DNA from: Octopus sinensis
Lineage: Eukaryota
NCBI RefSeq assembly: GCF_006345805.1
Contig: NC_043022.1
Coordinates: 15,190,001-15,254,000 of the forward strand
Length of the DNA stretch: 64,000 bases
Direction of reading: 5' to 3'
Positions 40,855-55,184 of the stretch are shown here, piece after piece. Made by a program: the position numbers and the translations under genes. The stretch's first letter is position 1. Each line of letters opens with the position of its first letter. The notes below the pieces were generated by a model. The model worked only from the letters and a program-made list of their open reading frames with translations, did not search any database and was not told where the DNA came from.

Positions 40855-43234
40855 ATGGGCTACTTTCAGTTTCCGTCTACCAAATCCACTCACAAGGCTT
40901 TGGTCAGCCTGAAGTTATAGTAGAAGACACTTGCCCAAGGTGCCATGCAGTGGGACTGAACCCGGAACCATGTGGTTGGGAAGTAAGCTTCTTACCACAC
41001 ATCAATTTGCACCTCATCTGTACACTATATATATATATATACACATACATACATACACACACACACATATATATATACATAGACGCACTCGTGTGTGTAT
41101 ACACATATGTACACACACAAAACATCCTCTTGGCAAACAATGTTTGTGTATAGGCTTATTCATCATCTCCCAAAATAGTTGTGTGTATAAAATAAAGACT
41201 ACTTGTCGCAAATATAAATATGGAGACTCCACAGCAGAGCAAGACGACGACAACAACGACAACACCAACCCAATCTAGCAATCAGTGTGTTGCTGATGCT
41301 AACGAGGAGATGGCGAAGGGGATGGAGAGGTTTAATGAAACAAAACAAAAAAAAAAACAGAAAAAGAGATCCAGCCTGGCCACTGTCCAGATCCACTGGA
41401 CATACAAAAGTACTTCAGGCCACTGGACATACAAAAGCACCGTCCTTACACCAGCACTACCCACAACCCTTTGCAACAGCATTGTTCGCGCCAACCACTT
41501 GCCGGGTTGGCATTTGGAGACGACTGGGCAAGTGGCGCCAGGAATAGAACGCCTGATTATACGTTGGGCAATGCACAAAGAGACACGAAGCAATAATTTT
41601 ATAACGAAGAGATGTAACATTTAACAAAGTGCATACAATAATGCAGAGATGTGCAATCTTGCACTTGGGTGGCTGTCATCGTAATTAGCAGGAAGACAAT
41701 TCACATTCGTCTGGTTCGAGAAAACCTGCTTAGAGAATCTCTGGTGCTGTCTGCCTGCACCAGTCTATTAAAGTTTATGAGTTTGTTTGTTTTTTGTTTT
41801 TTTTTTTTGGGGGGGGGTGATTGGTTTTAGTTTATTTTTTGTTTGTTTTGTTTCCTTTTTTTTTTTAATTGTTTCTACTAGACTGTTGCATGTTTTCCAT
41901 GCAATTCTAACCACAGCTTCCTTGCTCTGCGTTTCTGGTTGACCGCACAGCATGTGAAGAATACAAACAAGTTGAAATGAATACCAATGACGATGATAAT
42001 AATAATAATAATAATAATTATAGTAGTAGTAGCAGTAATAAAAATAATGTTGATGATAACAGGAGAATAATAAAAACAATTATTATTATTATTATTATAG
42101 TAGTAGTAATAGTAGAAATAAAATGATGCTAATAATACTAATGACAATAGTTGTAGCAGTAATAATAATGCTGATGATGATGATAAAAATTGTAGTAATA
42201 GAAATAATAATAATAATAAGGGTAATAGTAAACTGAACTAGTGATGGAGCTCAGTCAACCAAAGAGACAAATAAATATGAGCAAAAAAAAAATAGTTCAG
42301 CTTCATTTATTTTATTTATTTATTTTTTTTTTTTAACATCATGCTATTAATGAAATTTGCATGCGAAGAATTGTAAAGAAACGCCATTTCCAGAGAGGAA
42401 AAAAGTCAAGACACAACTTTGATGGAACTGTCAACAGAGTTTTAGAAAAAACACACCAGGCAAATATTGTTAAAATAGAATTCAAAATTTTCAGATTGGT
42501 TTTTGTACTGTTTTGCTAAGTTTTCATCGTGTTTCGTTTGTTTTTATCTTAAAGGGACAGAAATAAAAGGGCTGTTAATAAAACTAAAATTTTAAAGTGA
42601 TATATGAACCCTAAAAGTTAGCCACCCAAACTGCAGGCCTTACATTGACTAAAATATAAACTAAAGTTTTTTGGTAAACCACAAGTGCCCTTAGGGTTAG
42701 TATGTAACTATTACCATATTTTAACAGGTATAAGGAACCCTTTTTGTCAAAAATTAGGTTTAAAAAATATGGGAGTTTCTTAAACATGGATAGTATTGTA
42801 ATCCCTTACAAAACCTTTTTTCCAAATTTTAAGCCCAAAAAATTAGGGGGTTCCTTATATATACATTAAAATATGGTATATCTGTTCTGCTAAGTGGATC
42901 AGTCAAAATCTCATCAACTCTACGAAGGAGATAAGACTAGTGTTTCATATAAGTTTACCAGAAGAAAGTTTGGCATGGAATTTTGTCACCAAGATCAAGG
43001 TTTCCCATGAAAAGGACAAAGTTTATAGTATGCATACATATTCAATATGTGACAGTGCATAGCCTAGTGGTTAGGTGTGCTGCACTCACAATCATGACAT
43101 TGTGGTTTCAATTCCCAGAATGGCTGCAGGTTGTGTTCTTAAACAAAACACTTCATTTTTCATTGGGCCAGTCCATTCACCTGTAAATGAGTCACCCGGT
43201 GATGGAATAGTTTTCTGATCAGGGAGAACGTTGA

Positions 43235-44141
43235 TTACAAACTCAGAAAGTCCATGAGGTCAATTGCAAAAGATCTCCACGTGTCAGAAGGAACAGTCAG
43301 AAATGTTGTCCATGAAGACATCAGATATAAGTCTTATATGATGAGGAAAGGTCAATTTGTCAGAAAAAGCAAAAGAAAATCACTACATCAGATCTAAAAG
43401 GCTCTTAAACAAACTGAAAAATCCAGCAGAAGAAGATTTGATTTGGTTTTTTGTCAAACGAGAAAAACTTTGACCAAGATCAAAAAGTTAACAGAAGAAA
43501 TGGCAGATGGTTACATGCAGACCCTTCTGAAGTTCCAAGTGTTATGCATACAAAATTTCCTGCAACTGTCATGGTTTTAGGGGTTGTCAGCAATGAAGGA
43601 CATGTGATGCCTCCTTACTTCTTTCCACAAGGCCTTAGAATTAATTCTGCCGCCTACATTGAGGTCCTGGAAACAATTGTTAAGCCCTGGATAGACAGTG
43701 TATGCAATGGAAGGCCATATGTGTTTCAGTAAGACTCTGCACTATCACACATGGCTCTAGTAACACAGGAATGGATGGCTGAAAAGTTTCATGATCACAT
43801 AACCCCTAGCATTTGGCCTCCTAATTCCCCAGATCTCAATCCATTGGACTATTGACGGGGAGGTCAATAAACACGACCATAGCGCCAAAGATTCTTTGAA
43901 AGCTGCCATAGTCAGAGTAATGTCCAAAATTAAACCAGGACCACTTGATTCAAGCATGGAGATGGTTTAGATCTTATATAGAAGCAGTTGTTGAAGCTGA
44001 AGGTGGCTTTATTGAATAACATTTTAGAAAAGGTTTCTCTTTATCCTCATAGCATTTTTTTATAAATAAAGTTATTATCTGTTATTATATATCTGTTTTT
44101 TTATAAGCATAAATCTGTCCTCAAATATCTTACGCACCCTG
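43235..44141 (+). mobile_element. Degenerate Tc1/mariner (maT/DD37D-like) transposase remnant
   Basis: F(L)SNEKNF...VMVLGVVS...YIEVLE...PYVFQ*DSA...WPPNSPDLNPLDY across stops; right end tacgcaccctg followed by TA. Confidence 0.8.
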
Positions 44142-45569
44142 TACATAGAGATGAGCCCACACAAGTTTACATACATACATATACACACACAGATACAAAT
44201 ACAATTCTATGCAGAAATGAATGATCCAAGCAAACACAGGACAAAGTACTGAAGGATGACCTCATGATGCTGAATCTTTCAGGCAAGGACTGAGACACCT
44301 GGCGCCTGGCTGTACACAAGAAGATGCGCAGTCGGCAGAAGAAGTGTTAAGACTGGTCTTTCTATTGGTGTGAAGCACTCGTGGCAATGCCATGTAAAAG
44401 CACCCATGTGGTGCCACATGAGAGTGCCACATAAAAACGCTTGTATGGTGTTATATAAAAGCACCCAACACACACTGTAAAGTGGTTGGTGTTAGGAAGG
44501 GCATCCAGCTGTAGAGACCAGGACAAATCAGGCTGGACCCTGGAACAGCTTTCCAGCTTGCCAACTCTGGTCAAACTGTCCAAACCATGCCAGCACGGAC
44601 AATGGACATATGATGATGATGATGATATATATGATTTTAACGTCCAGTTTTCTGTGATTGAATGGGTCCGATGGAACTTGTTGAGGCAGATACTCTTTGG
44701 CCGGATGCCCTCCCCGTTGCCAACCCTCGCTTGTTTCCAAGCAAGGTGATATTTCTTCACGGCCTAATAAGGTTTTGCAGAAAACTGGAAATGAAGGACA
44801 CCACTTGTATGACAGTGAAACTTGTTTACGACAATCACATGATGTCAAGACAAGGAGACAATGATACCCACGCACATCACCATCATCCTTATCCTCATTT
44901 AACGTCTGTTTTCCATGCTGGTATGGGTTGGATGGTTTGAGAGGAGCTGGCAAGTGAAAGGACGGCACCAGGCTCTGCTCCTTTGCTTTGGTTTGGTTTC
45001 TAAGAACGAATGACCTTCCTAATACCAACCCCTTTACTCAGTTTTCTCCTCTACCGAATCCACTCACGAGGCTTTAGTCGGCCTGGGGCTATAGAAGAAG
45101 ACACTTGCCCAACACACCATGCAGTGGGACTGAACCCAGAACCATGTAGTTAGAAGCAAAATTCTTAAGCAAACAGCCACGCCTGTGCCACGAGAGGGAG
45201 AGGGAGAGAAAGAAAGAGAGAGAGGGAGAGAAAGAAAGAGAGAGAGGAGAGAGAGAGAGGGAGAGAAATAAGGAGAGAGAGAGAGAGAGACGTATATTTG
45301 CATTTAAACTAAAACTGTTTGCAGACCTCTCCCACTCCAAAAAAAAAAGGATGCTAAAAGTAAATTTAAAATGAGAAACCATTGAGAATTGAACCCACAT
45401 CTATTATGTTTGATGTATAGATAACTTTAGTTTGTTCACTGACCCAAATTCAAGTCAAATAATCTATATTTGTCTTTTATACTCTAAGGAAGTGGTTGAA
45501 ATTCTAGCAATGGTGATTGTAGTTCCAGTTGTATGAGTATTGAGCCAAAGAATAATGACTTATGATTGA

Positions 45570-45600
<31 letters not shown>

Positions 45601-46016
45601 CAGAGAGAGAGGGAGAGACAGAGAGAGGGAGAGACAGAGAGAAGGAGGGAGGGACAGAGAGAGAGGGATTTTAATGGGGAAGGGGGTCTTCTTTCAATGT
45701 TCCCAGATAGACAATACACACACACACACAAATACATGTTCTCATACACACATCTATACATAATAGCACACATGTGCATGTGTGTGAGAGAGAGAGTGTG
45801 TATATATATATATATACATGTGTGTGTGTATGATCATTATTTTCTTCCCTCAAAGCATTTGGAAAAATATGAAGAATTATGCATAGATGGCAGTACAAGT
45901 GTCATTTTGGATATACGATGTGTATGTATGTGTGCCTATATACGTATACACACACATCCATAGACTGAACTTCTCAAAGACATTAACCCTATGATGATTT
46001 TCATTAGTGACATGGA

Positions 46017-46066
<50 letters not shown>

Positions 46067-46267
46067 TTTTATTCTTTTATTTGTTTCAGTCATTTGACTG
46101 TGGCCATGCTGGAGCACCGCCTTTAGTCGAGCAAATCGACCCCAGGACTTATTCTTTGTAAACCAAGGGCTTATTCTATCGGTCTCTTTTGCTGAACTGC
46201 TAAGTTACGGAGACGTAAATACACCACCATTGATTGTCAAGCGATGGTTGGGGGGCAGGCGGGACAA

Positions 46268-46308
<41 letters not shown>

Positions 46309-47249
46309 CAATGGGTTTCTTTCAGTTTCCGTCTACCAAATCCACTCACAAGGCTTTGGTCGACCCAAGGCTATAGTAGAAGATACTTGCCCAAGGTGCC
46401 ACACCGTGGGAATGAACCCAGAACCATGTGGTTGGTAAACAAGCTACTTACCACACATCCACTCCTGATGAGATGGCAGAGCCATTAGCAGGCTGGGCAA
46501 AAGGCTTAGCAGCATTTCATCTGTCCTTATGTTCTGGTTGCCCCTCCTAATGCCAACCACTCTGAGAATGTAGGGGATGCTTTTTACATGAAACCAGCAA
46601 GTCTAAGCAATTTATTGCACATAAACTTTAACAACAAAATCATATGTGGATCCCTACGGGGTCAAACAGTCCCTGGTTGAGAACCATTGATCTACACTAT
46701 ATCTGAAATTAAGGGATGGTTATGACTGAAACATCTCTGGTCACAGGTATATTCAACCGGGACCAACTTGGGGGCTAACGAACAACAATTTCAAGTCTAT
46801 TTTTCCTCCCCAAAATTCTAATTACCATATTTATGTGTAAAATACCCTTTCCCCACCCCCACCTCCGATTTTTAGACCAGGATTTTAGGGGTGCACATAT
46901 GCTTGAGAACTAAATCTTACCCTGGATACCTTAACAGGAAGTAGGTTGGTTATACATAATGTCTAAGCTAATTGATGTGTATGTCTGTAATACACTATAC
47001 ATATCATGATAATAATGTCACAGTCTCCTCTGATAACAATAATATGTCCGATGGTCATCAAAGACGGCTGTCGTCAACCTTTGGTACAGAAGGCCAGAAT
47101 GTAGTAATTTCATTATTGAAAATATTGCTTTAATTACTTAATGTAAAGATTAAATTAATAAAACAACAACAATAATAATACATAATAATACTGTTGCTAT
47201 GAAAATACGAATACTTCTGTTCCTGAAATATAGTTATTAGGAACATTCA

Positions 47250-47289
<40 letters not shown>

Positions 47290-48029
47290 CTATTGAAAGA
47301 ACAAACATACTTGATAATAAAAGTATTTAAATGGGAGACTAATGAAATTGTTTACATTCTGCATTATGTCTTTTATATCCTTCCATACTTGTTGGCCTTT
47401 ATATCCTTCCATACTAAGTGACTTTACAGTCAGTACACTTCATAACAGATAGGCTTTTACAGCGTACACTGATAAGATTCAAAGGTTTCTTTAAAGTCTC
47501 CGTATTATTTTGATAATGCATATCCCTTCTCAATGTATTTTACACAGCAATTATAACAAATCTGACTAAACACTTCATTTTCTAAATATACTGCAAAAAA
47601 AACAAAAAAACAAATGTGAAATATTTTTTCCACGATTTCATAATAAAAAGTCAGTGTTGTGTGTTATACATAAGAGCAACTTATATAGAAATAAAAACAA
47701 GAAACACTTCACATATTTATTCATCACTTCTCTGCAGAATGGTGTTCGCATCTACTCAATATTTCATTCTCATTCAAACTGAACACAAACCTGCATCCAC
47801 TTCATCAATCTGAATGGCTTTACATAAATTATGAGTATGTTCTTCCTTCTCTTATTTCTAACTATGTAATATATATGTGTGTTTGTGTGTGTATATATAT
47901 ATATATAGATAGATATACATAGACATGCAAAAAATAGACACAATTTTCAAAATTCCTAATCTATGTGTTTTAATGTTTTCAGCGGTATAGAATTTACAAT
48001 GTAATTAATCTTTTTCATTCCAGGTGCCA

Positions 48030-48425
48030 TTATATCAAACATTTGCGAAGAGTAACCATGCCACGCACAAAAAATTCATCAGAACTGTCAGATTTTCAAA
48101 GAAGTCAATTTATCGGGCAATCTGAGTGAAAAATTGGTGAAAATCTTCAAATTCCTCTTGCTACTGTTAATAGAATTATAGGGCAATTCAAAAGCCAAGG
48201 GAAAGAATCAACAGATTCTCATCCCAGCCAACCTGGGCCCTCGGAAAGGAAGCTTCAGTGTTTGAAGAGAATTGTGGAAAACGAACCCCGTTCGAAGGCT
48301 TCTGACATTGCAAAACAGCTAGAAGTTAGTCCAAGAACGTGTGGTACACATCTGCATAAGCTTGGGTTTTATGGACGAGCAGCTAGAAGAAAACCTCTCC
48401 TTCAACCAATTAATATCAAATAAAA
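48030..48425 (+). mobile_element. Tc1-like transposase N-terminal (HTH) remnant
   Basis: MPRTKNSSELSDFQR...; GFYGRAARRKPLL motif; contains stops and frameshifts. Confidence 0.7.
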
Positions 48426-49457
48426 GATTTTGAAAAATTAAAGGTGTCTATTTACTTCCTGCATATCTGTGTATACATATATACTATTTTTAATTATTTG
48501 AAATTTTTCTCTGATGAAGTAATTAGTTTCTGACAAAGATATAAAGCTCCCTCATTGAAATGTTGGTAACAAAAACAAATTCACACTTCAACTTCAGAAA
48601 AGTCTTGCATATTTTAACTGCTCCACTTACAGACTGCACTTATAATGTGTGAGTTGGTTGATTTCTTTTCCTGAAAACCCCAGCTTTCCCATACAATCAC
48701 TTGGGTATCTCCTAAGAAATCCAAGTGCACGAATTCTTACTACAGGTATGTGTATATGTAAGAATGTATGTATGTATGTACGCTGCATGTATGTCTTTTA
48801 TTATGTATGTAGGTTCTCTTTCGTTTTTCATAATTCGAGGCCTTCTTGTAAGGAAGGAACTGGCTTCCAACAAAGATACAAATTTTTATTGTTAGAATGC
48901 AGGCAACAAAAACAATGTCACATTTTGAACTTGAGAAAAATCTTGCATACTTTTACTGTTCTGCTTACAGATTTTTTTTTTTCTAATATGCGTCTTAACT
49001 AGTTGATTTCTTTTTCTGAAAACCTCAGCCATTCCAAATTATCACTATGTGTGTACATATGTATGCATGCATGCATCTGTGTAGAGACAGAGAGAGTGTA
49101 CATATAATAACATTTTTTTTTTTTTTTAAATGAAATCTTTAAAACCTAACGCTGGCAAAACAATTCAAAATAAACTAGCAAAGAATAAGGGGGGAAAATA
49201 TTATTAAGGATTAAGGAAAAATGCATCACCAATAAACACACACAAATTCACAACAACAACAAAAATTTATATATAAAAAAAAATTAAATAAAACAGCATA
49301 ACTCTAAAAAAAAACTGCCAAAATATTTGCCAAACGAAAACAGCCAAGTGTAAAAAGATGCAGAATAAAAACAATCAATAAGAGTATATATATACATATA
49401 TATATATATATACACGCATATATACATATATATGTATATGTATGTCTGTATTCCCAC

Positions 49458-49679
49458 CAGAATGAAGTTTGTTTCTCTGGTTGGTGGAGGTGGTGGAGGT
49501 GATGGTGGTGCTCGGTTGCCATGTGATGCAAAAGACATGTAGGACGTTCTGCACGTGCTGCATGAGACTATTTGAGCATTGCCTGCACGACGATTGCAGG
49601 TCATCGGACGTGCTCTCACAGTCCCAAGACGTCAACGTGGCGGTGTATCTCGGCTGACAGAGACGCCGCGTCTTTCGGG
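49458..49679 (-). CDS. Candidate in-frame cassette exon (74 codons) inside the giant aPKC intron
   Basis: Long pyrimidine tract ending ctttgcag|; 222 nt, open in phase 1 to 1; CpG-rich unique sequence; weak donor CTG|gtggga. Confidence 0.35.
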
Positions 49680-50186
49680 CTGCAAAGCAGAGCAGAGTGG
49701 AGGGGTTGAGGGGTCGAAAGAGAAAAACAACAACATTCAGCAACAACAGAAAGAGGAACAGGTACAGCAGCAGCAGTAGTAGTAGTCGCAGTAGTAGCAG
49801 TAGTAGTAGTAGTGGTATTGGCGGTATTTATTTTTAGCAATACCAGCACCAGCAATAGACTTTAAATATTCTAAAACTGGGAGGGTTTAGGGGACACAGA
49901 ATTGATTTTTCTTTCTTTTTTTTTTTTTGGTGTTGCTTTGATAATAGTTGAGGGGAGGGGCACTAATGTATAATATATGAAAAAATGCATTACATGAGGT
50001 GCTTTATTCATTTACAACCAGGCTAACAACAAATTTATTGTAACACAAAAAGAGTTAAATATATTTTTCTTTCTTTAAATTTGTTTACGTGTGTGTATGT
50101 ATGCGTGTGTGTGTATATATATATATACATATACAAATATATATACATACATATATATATATATACATACATACATACATATATAC

Positions 50187-50249
<63 letters not shown>

Positions 50250-50599
50250 CATATATATACATACATATATATATATATACATACATATATATAATATACA
50301 TACATATATATATACATACATATATATATATATACATACATATATATATACATACATATATATATATACATACATATATATATACATACATATATATATA
50401 CATACATATATATATACATACATATATATATACATACATACATATATACATACATACATATATACATACATACATATATACATACATACATATATACATA
50501 CATACATATATACATACATACATATATACATACATACATATATACATACATACATATATACATACATATATATATAACATACATATATATATACATACA

Positions 50600-50639
<40 letters not shown>

Positions 50640-50775
50640 CATACATATATATACATATACATATATATACATATACATATATAATACATATACATATATA
50701 TACATATACATATATATACATATACATATATATACATATACATATATATATATATATATATACATATATATATGT

Positions 50776-50819
<44 letters not shown>

Positions 50820-51280
50820 TTACATAAAGACACATACACAACATACACATGTACACACACAAACACACACAAACACACAAACACATATCATTGAAACAAA
50901 ATAACAAGATTTACCGAAACAGGTGGCAAAGTCTTTGAAAATATATTGTCTGGCACTCAACATAGACATCTTCGATAATAAAACACTTTTTAGCAGAATT
51001 TCGTGTATTTCCAGATAGTTTAACAAGTTTATCCAAATGTCTAATAATAAATATGTAGTTAAGTGTCCATGGTGAATATTAATTCAGTTATGCCAGAAAT
51101 CACAAAGAAAGACAGTTGTTACCTGCGGTAACGAGGCTCAGCTAACTATTATAATTCTTAAGAAGTTGCTATTCAAACATTGACACGTACTTTTGTTTCT
51201 GACATTCCACTTTCTCTCTCTCTCTCTCTCTCCTGCACACACACACACACACACACAGGTAATGAAAGTAATAATGTGGT

Positions 51281-51687
51281 TTGGATGGAAGCACTCCGTC
51301 GGTTACGACGACGAGGGTTCCGGTTGATCCAAATCAACGGAACAGCCTGCTCGTGAAATTAACGTGTAAGTGGCTGAGCACTCCACAGACACGTGTACCC
51401 TTAACGTAGTTCTCGGGGATATTCAGCGTGACACAGAGAGTGACAAGGCTGGCCCCTTTGAAATACAGGTACAACAGAAACAGGAAGTAAGAGTGAGAGA
51501 AAGTTGTGGTGAAAGAGTACAGCAGGGATCACCACCATCCCTGCCAGAGCCTCGTGGAGCTTTTTAGGTGTTTTCGATCAATAAACACTCACAACGCCCG
51601 GTCTGGGAATCGAAACCGTGATCCCATGACTGCGAGTCCGCTGCCCTAACCACTGGGCCCTAACCACTGGGCCATTGCGCCTCCACA
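51281..51687 (-). mobile_element. tRNA-headed SINE, family D
   Basis: Minus-strand head gtggaggcgcaatggcccagtggttagggc...gtttcgattccc. Second copy at 13343-13645; body fragment near 56730-56810. Confidence 0.75.
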
Positions 51688-51971
51688 AAAATCTCTCCAA
51701 GAATTATACAACAGCTTCATTATGTATGTATGTATGAGTGACCAATATAAATAAAAGTCTATTTAAAGCTTGCTATAAACAGTAAAGAATCGCGGAATAC
51801 AGATTTGGTGAGAAGAATGAGATAAACTATGAAGAACTTGCCTGGCACCGATTTCTGTGGAATGCGACAGCTATGATTCTACAGACTAACAAACCAGTAT
51901 TTAACTTTATTTACATTTGATGGATATTTGTCCTCATCTTGTTTGTTGCTAACACAATGTTTCGGCTGAGA

Positions 51972-52015
51972 GACCACTGATGAGGTCACAGAAGTGTGAC
52001 GAAAGAACTCTGGCC
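51972..52015 (+). ncRNA. Hammerhead-like motif with an extra core nucleotide
   Basis: GACCA-CUGAUGA-G-GUCACA-GAAG-UGUGAC-GAAAG-AA-CUC/UGGCC. Confidence 0.5.
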
Positions 52016-52690
52016 GAAATACGATTAATGTAAAAAATAAAATAAAGCTGAAGCAAATTAACACCAAATATATATAGTGTGTGTGTTTTTATTGGCTAAA
52101 CTGGCAACATGACCATCCCCAAATACAACAATATAATATATATATATACACACACACATGTACATATACACATACACACTGGGGACCCCCTTCGGTCATA
52201 ATCCTGAAATTGCACCCAGAAAGTTCTCCTCCGAGGCACAAGTCCAGGCAAGGTTGTTTATGGAAGACCAGCAGTCGTCCATGCATACCAGCCTCCCCTC
52301 CCCTCACCGACGTTATCCAAGGTAGGCTCAAAACGTAAAAGACTTTCTCACCTTCCCAAGCATTACACTAATACACCTGTTTGTTGTTTATACACCTGTC
52401 TTCGTCTTTTGTCTTTCTACAAATTTCAACCATATATATAATTTCAATAATAATAAAAGTGTAAAATTAATTAATTAGCTAATTAATCAATTAATTAATT
52501 AATAATTTTACCAAATAGTTCAGTACATTAAAATAACATTTTTTGGTAAAATTATACAAATATTCTATAATTATAAACATAATTATAATCAGGGGTCAGC
52601 TAATTGCTTCAACACATACCAAATTTCGAAATAGGAGTTAAAAGCCTTTTCTATAATTATCTTTATAATTATAGAATATTGTGTGTGTGG

Positions 52691-52738
<48 letters not shown>

Positions 52739-52969
52739 TTACTCTTTTACTTGTTTCAGTCATTTGACTGTGGCCATGCTGGAGCACCACCTTTAGTTGA
52801 GCAAATCGACCCCAGGACTTATTCTTTGTAAGCCTAGTACTTATTCTATCGGTCTATTTTTGCCAAACCACTAAGTTACAGAGACATAAACACACCAACA
52901 TCGCTTGTCAAGCGATGTTGGGGAGACAAACACAGACACACATACATATACACACATACATATTGTATG

Positions 52970-53008
<39 letters not shown>

Positions 53009-53204
53009 TATATATATATATATATACACATATATGTGATGGGCTTCTTTCAGTTTCCGTCTACCAAATCCACTCCAAGGCTTTGGTCGGCCCAAGGCTC
53101 TAGTAAAAGACACTTGCCCAAGGTGCCACGCAGTGGCACTGAACCCGGAACCATGTGGTTGGTAAGGAAGGTACTTACCACACAGCCACATATATATATT
53201 TCTT

Positions 53205-53428
53205 TACTGCCCACAAGGGGCTAAACAGAGCGGACAAACAAGGACAGACAAAGAGATTAAGTCGATTACATCGACCCCAGTACGTAACTGGTATTTAATT
53301 CATCGACCCCGAAAGGATGAAAGGCAAAGTCGACGTTGGCGGAACTTGAACTCGGAACATAACGACAGACGAAATACGGCGAAGCATTTCGCCCGGCGTG
53401 CTAACGTTTCTGCCAGCTCACCGCCGCC
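53205..53428 (-). mobile_element. tRNA-headed SINE, family C
   Basis: Minus-strand head ggcggtgagctggcagaaacgttagc...gagttcaagttcc; body cctttcatcctttcggggtcga. Copies near 1870-2192, 2860-3050, 3490-3692, 5790-6480 (tandem), 20710-21350, 29335-29488 and 59415-59625. Confidence 0.8.
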
Positions 53429-53721
53429 ACATATATATATATAGACATGCATATATTTTATGCACACACACACAAACAACTCTAAGTTCATTGGATTCTT
53501 ATTGAAATGTTCCTGTGAACGACCTGTTTATCTTCATCCTCGTTGACTTTTAGTGTCACACCGAGAATGCAAGAAACAAATCAACAATTGCCTCGAAGAA
53601 CTGCAACAAGACAGATATATGATGCTGACTCTTCAAGGAGAAGAACAGACACAACAAAGAGAGAAGACAGACACAGGTGGTTGTAGTCACTATTATTATC
53701 CTTATTATTATTATTATTGCC

Positions 53722-54000
53722 GAAGCCAGTGCCGCCATGACTGGCTTCCGTGCCGGTGGCATGTAAAATGCACCAATCCGACCGTGGCCATTGCCAGCCT
53801 CGCCTGGCACCTGTGCAGGTGGCACGTAAAAAGCACCCACTACACTCATGGAGTGGTTGGCGTTAGGAAGGGCATCCAGCTGTAGAAACACTGCCAGATC
53901 AGACTGGAGCCTGGTGCAGCCTTCTGGCTTCCCAGATCCCCGGTCGAACCATCCAACCCATGCTAGCATGGAGAACGGACGTTAAACGATGATGATGATG
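53722..54000 (+). mobile_element. SINE/LINE-3'-end family B with (GAT)n tail (RTE-like)
   Basis: gagtggttggcgttaggaagggcatccagctgtag...ggacgttaaacgatgatgat. Copies near 2460-2822(-), 10735-10848(+), 12073-12291(+), 26925-27228(+), 36153-36552(-), 40012-40096(+), 40112-40382(-), 44385-44625(+), 54345-54585(-), 61515-61843(+). RTE link is inferred from the tandem-repeat tail. Confidence 0.8.
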
Positions 54001-54309
54001 ATTATTATTATTATTATTATTGTAACAGTTTGTCTCTTGATCTCTTGTTGTTGTTTACTCATTTCTACATAAAAAAACCTCTTGAAGTGAGAACTCCTCC
54101 TGAGGAATTGTGATGTTAAGAAAATGTTATCAGACACCAAAATATTCGTAACATACCATGACATATATTAGAACAGAGGAAATATATACACACACACACA
54201 CACTTGTATATGTGCATATGTGTGTGTGTGTATGTATATATATACATATATATATATACACACACATATATATTTGCACACACATGCATATATTTACACA
54301 CACACAGAC

Positions 54310-54350
<41 letters not shown>

Positions 54351-55184
54351 CATCGTTTAACGTCCATTCTCCATGCTAGCATGGGTTGGACGGTTCAACT
54401 GGGGTCTGTGAAGCCAGGAGGCTGCGCCAGGCTCCAGTCTGATCTGGCAATGTTTCTACGGCTGGATGCCCTTCCTAACGCCAACCACTCCAAGAGTATA
54501 GTGGGTGCTTTTTACGTGCCACCGGCACAGGTGCCAGACGAGGCTGGCAAATGGCCACAATCGGATGGTGCTTTTTACGTGCCATACATATATATATATG
54601 GACATCAATTAAAATAAGAACAGTAATAAACAAGTGAAGAACAAATATATAGTGCGTGTGTTTATTTGGAGAAAAAAAATGACCGTCCCAAAATACAATA
54701 TATATATATATAATATATATATATATACACACCACACACACACACACACAGATACATGCATATATTTACACATGCACATACACATGAAAGTGTGTGTGCG
54801 TTGCAAAATTGGTGATGTGGTTACCATGTGCAACAGATATTGTTATGTTTGAGGACAGTTATATTTTTTTCTGGACAGAATGGACTGAGCAGAGCTCACA
54901 CAAGGACAGAAAGTGTCGCTGAAGAGGTCACAGATGTGTGACAAAAGATTTTTGGACAATGGACATCAGTTAGAATAAGAACAGCAATGAACAAGTAAAG
55001 AACGAATATATAATGCATGTGTGATTATTTGGCAAAAGGAAAATTACCATCCCGAAATATAACAATGTATATATACACACACACATATATATATGCACAT
55101 ACATACATATATTTACACACACACACACACACACACGAAAGTGTATATATATCTGTGTGTATGTATATATATATGTATATATAT

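Noticed and set aside
41725-41765. Minus-strand TAPEIL peptide resembling the kinase APE motif
   Set aside because: Immediately followed by a stop and no other kinase similarity; coincidence rather than a duplicated exon.
42600-42900. Homopolymer-rich stretch (also 30400-30780) with unusual texture
   Set aside because: No structure or ORF; may reflect lower consensus quality, which is a caution for single-base claims elsewhere.
46463-46492. CTGATGA-GATGGC-AGA-GCCATT
   Set aside because: Core and hairpin present but no following GAAA or NUH.
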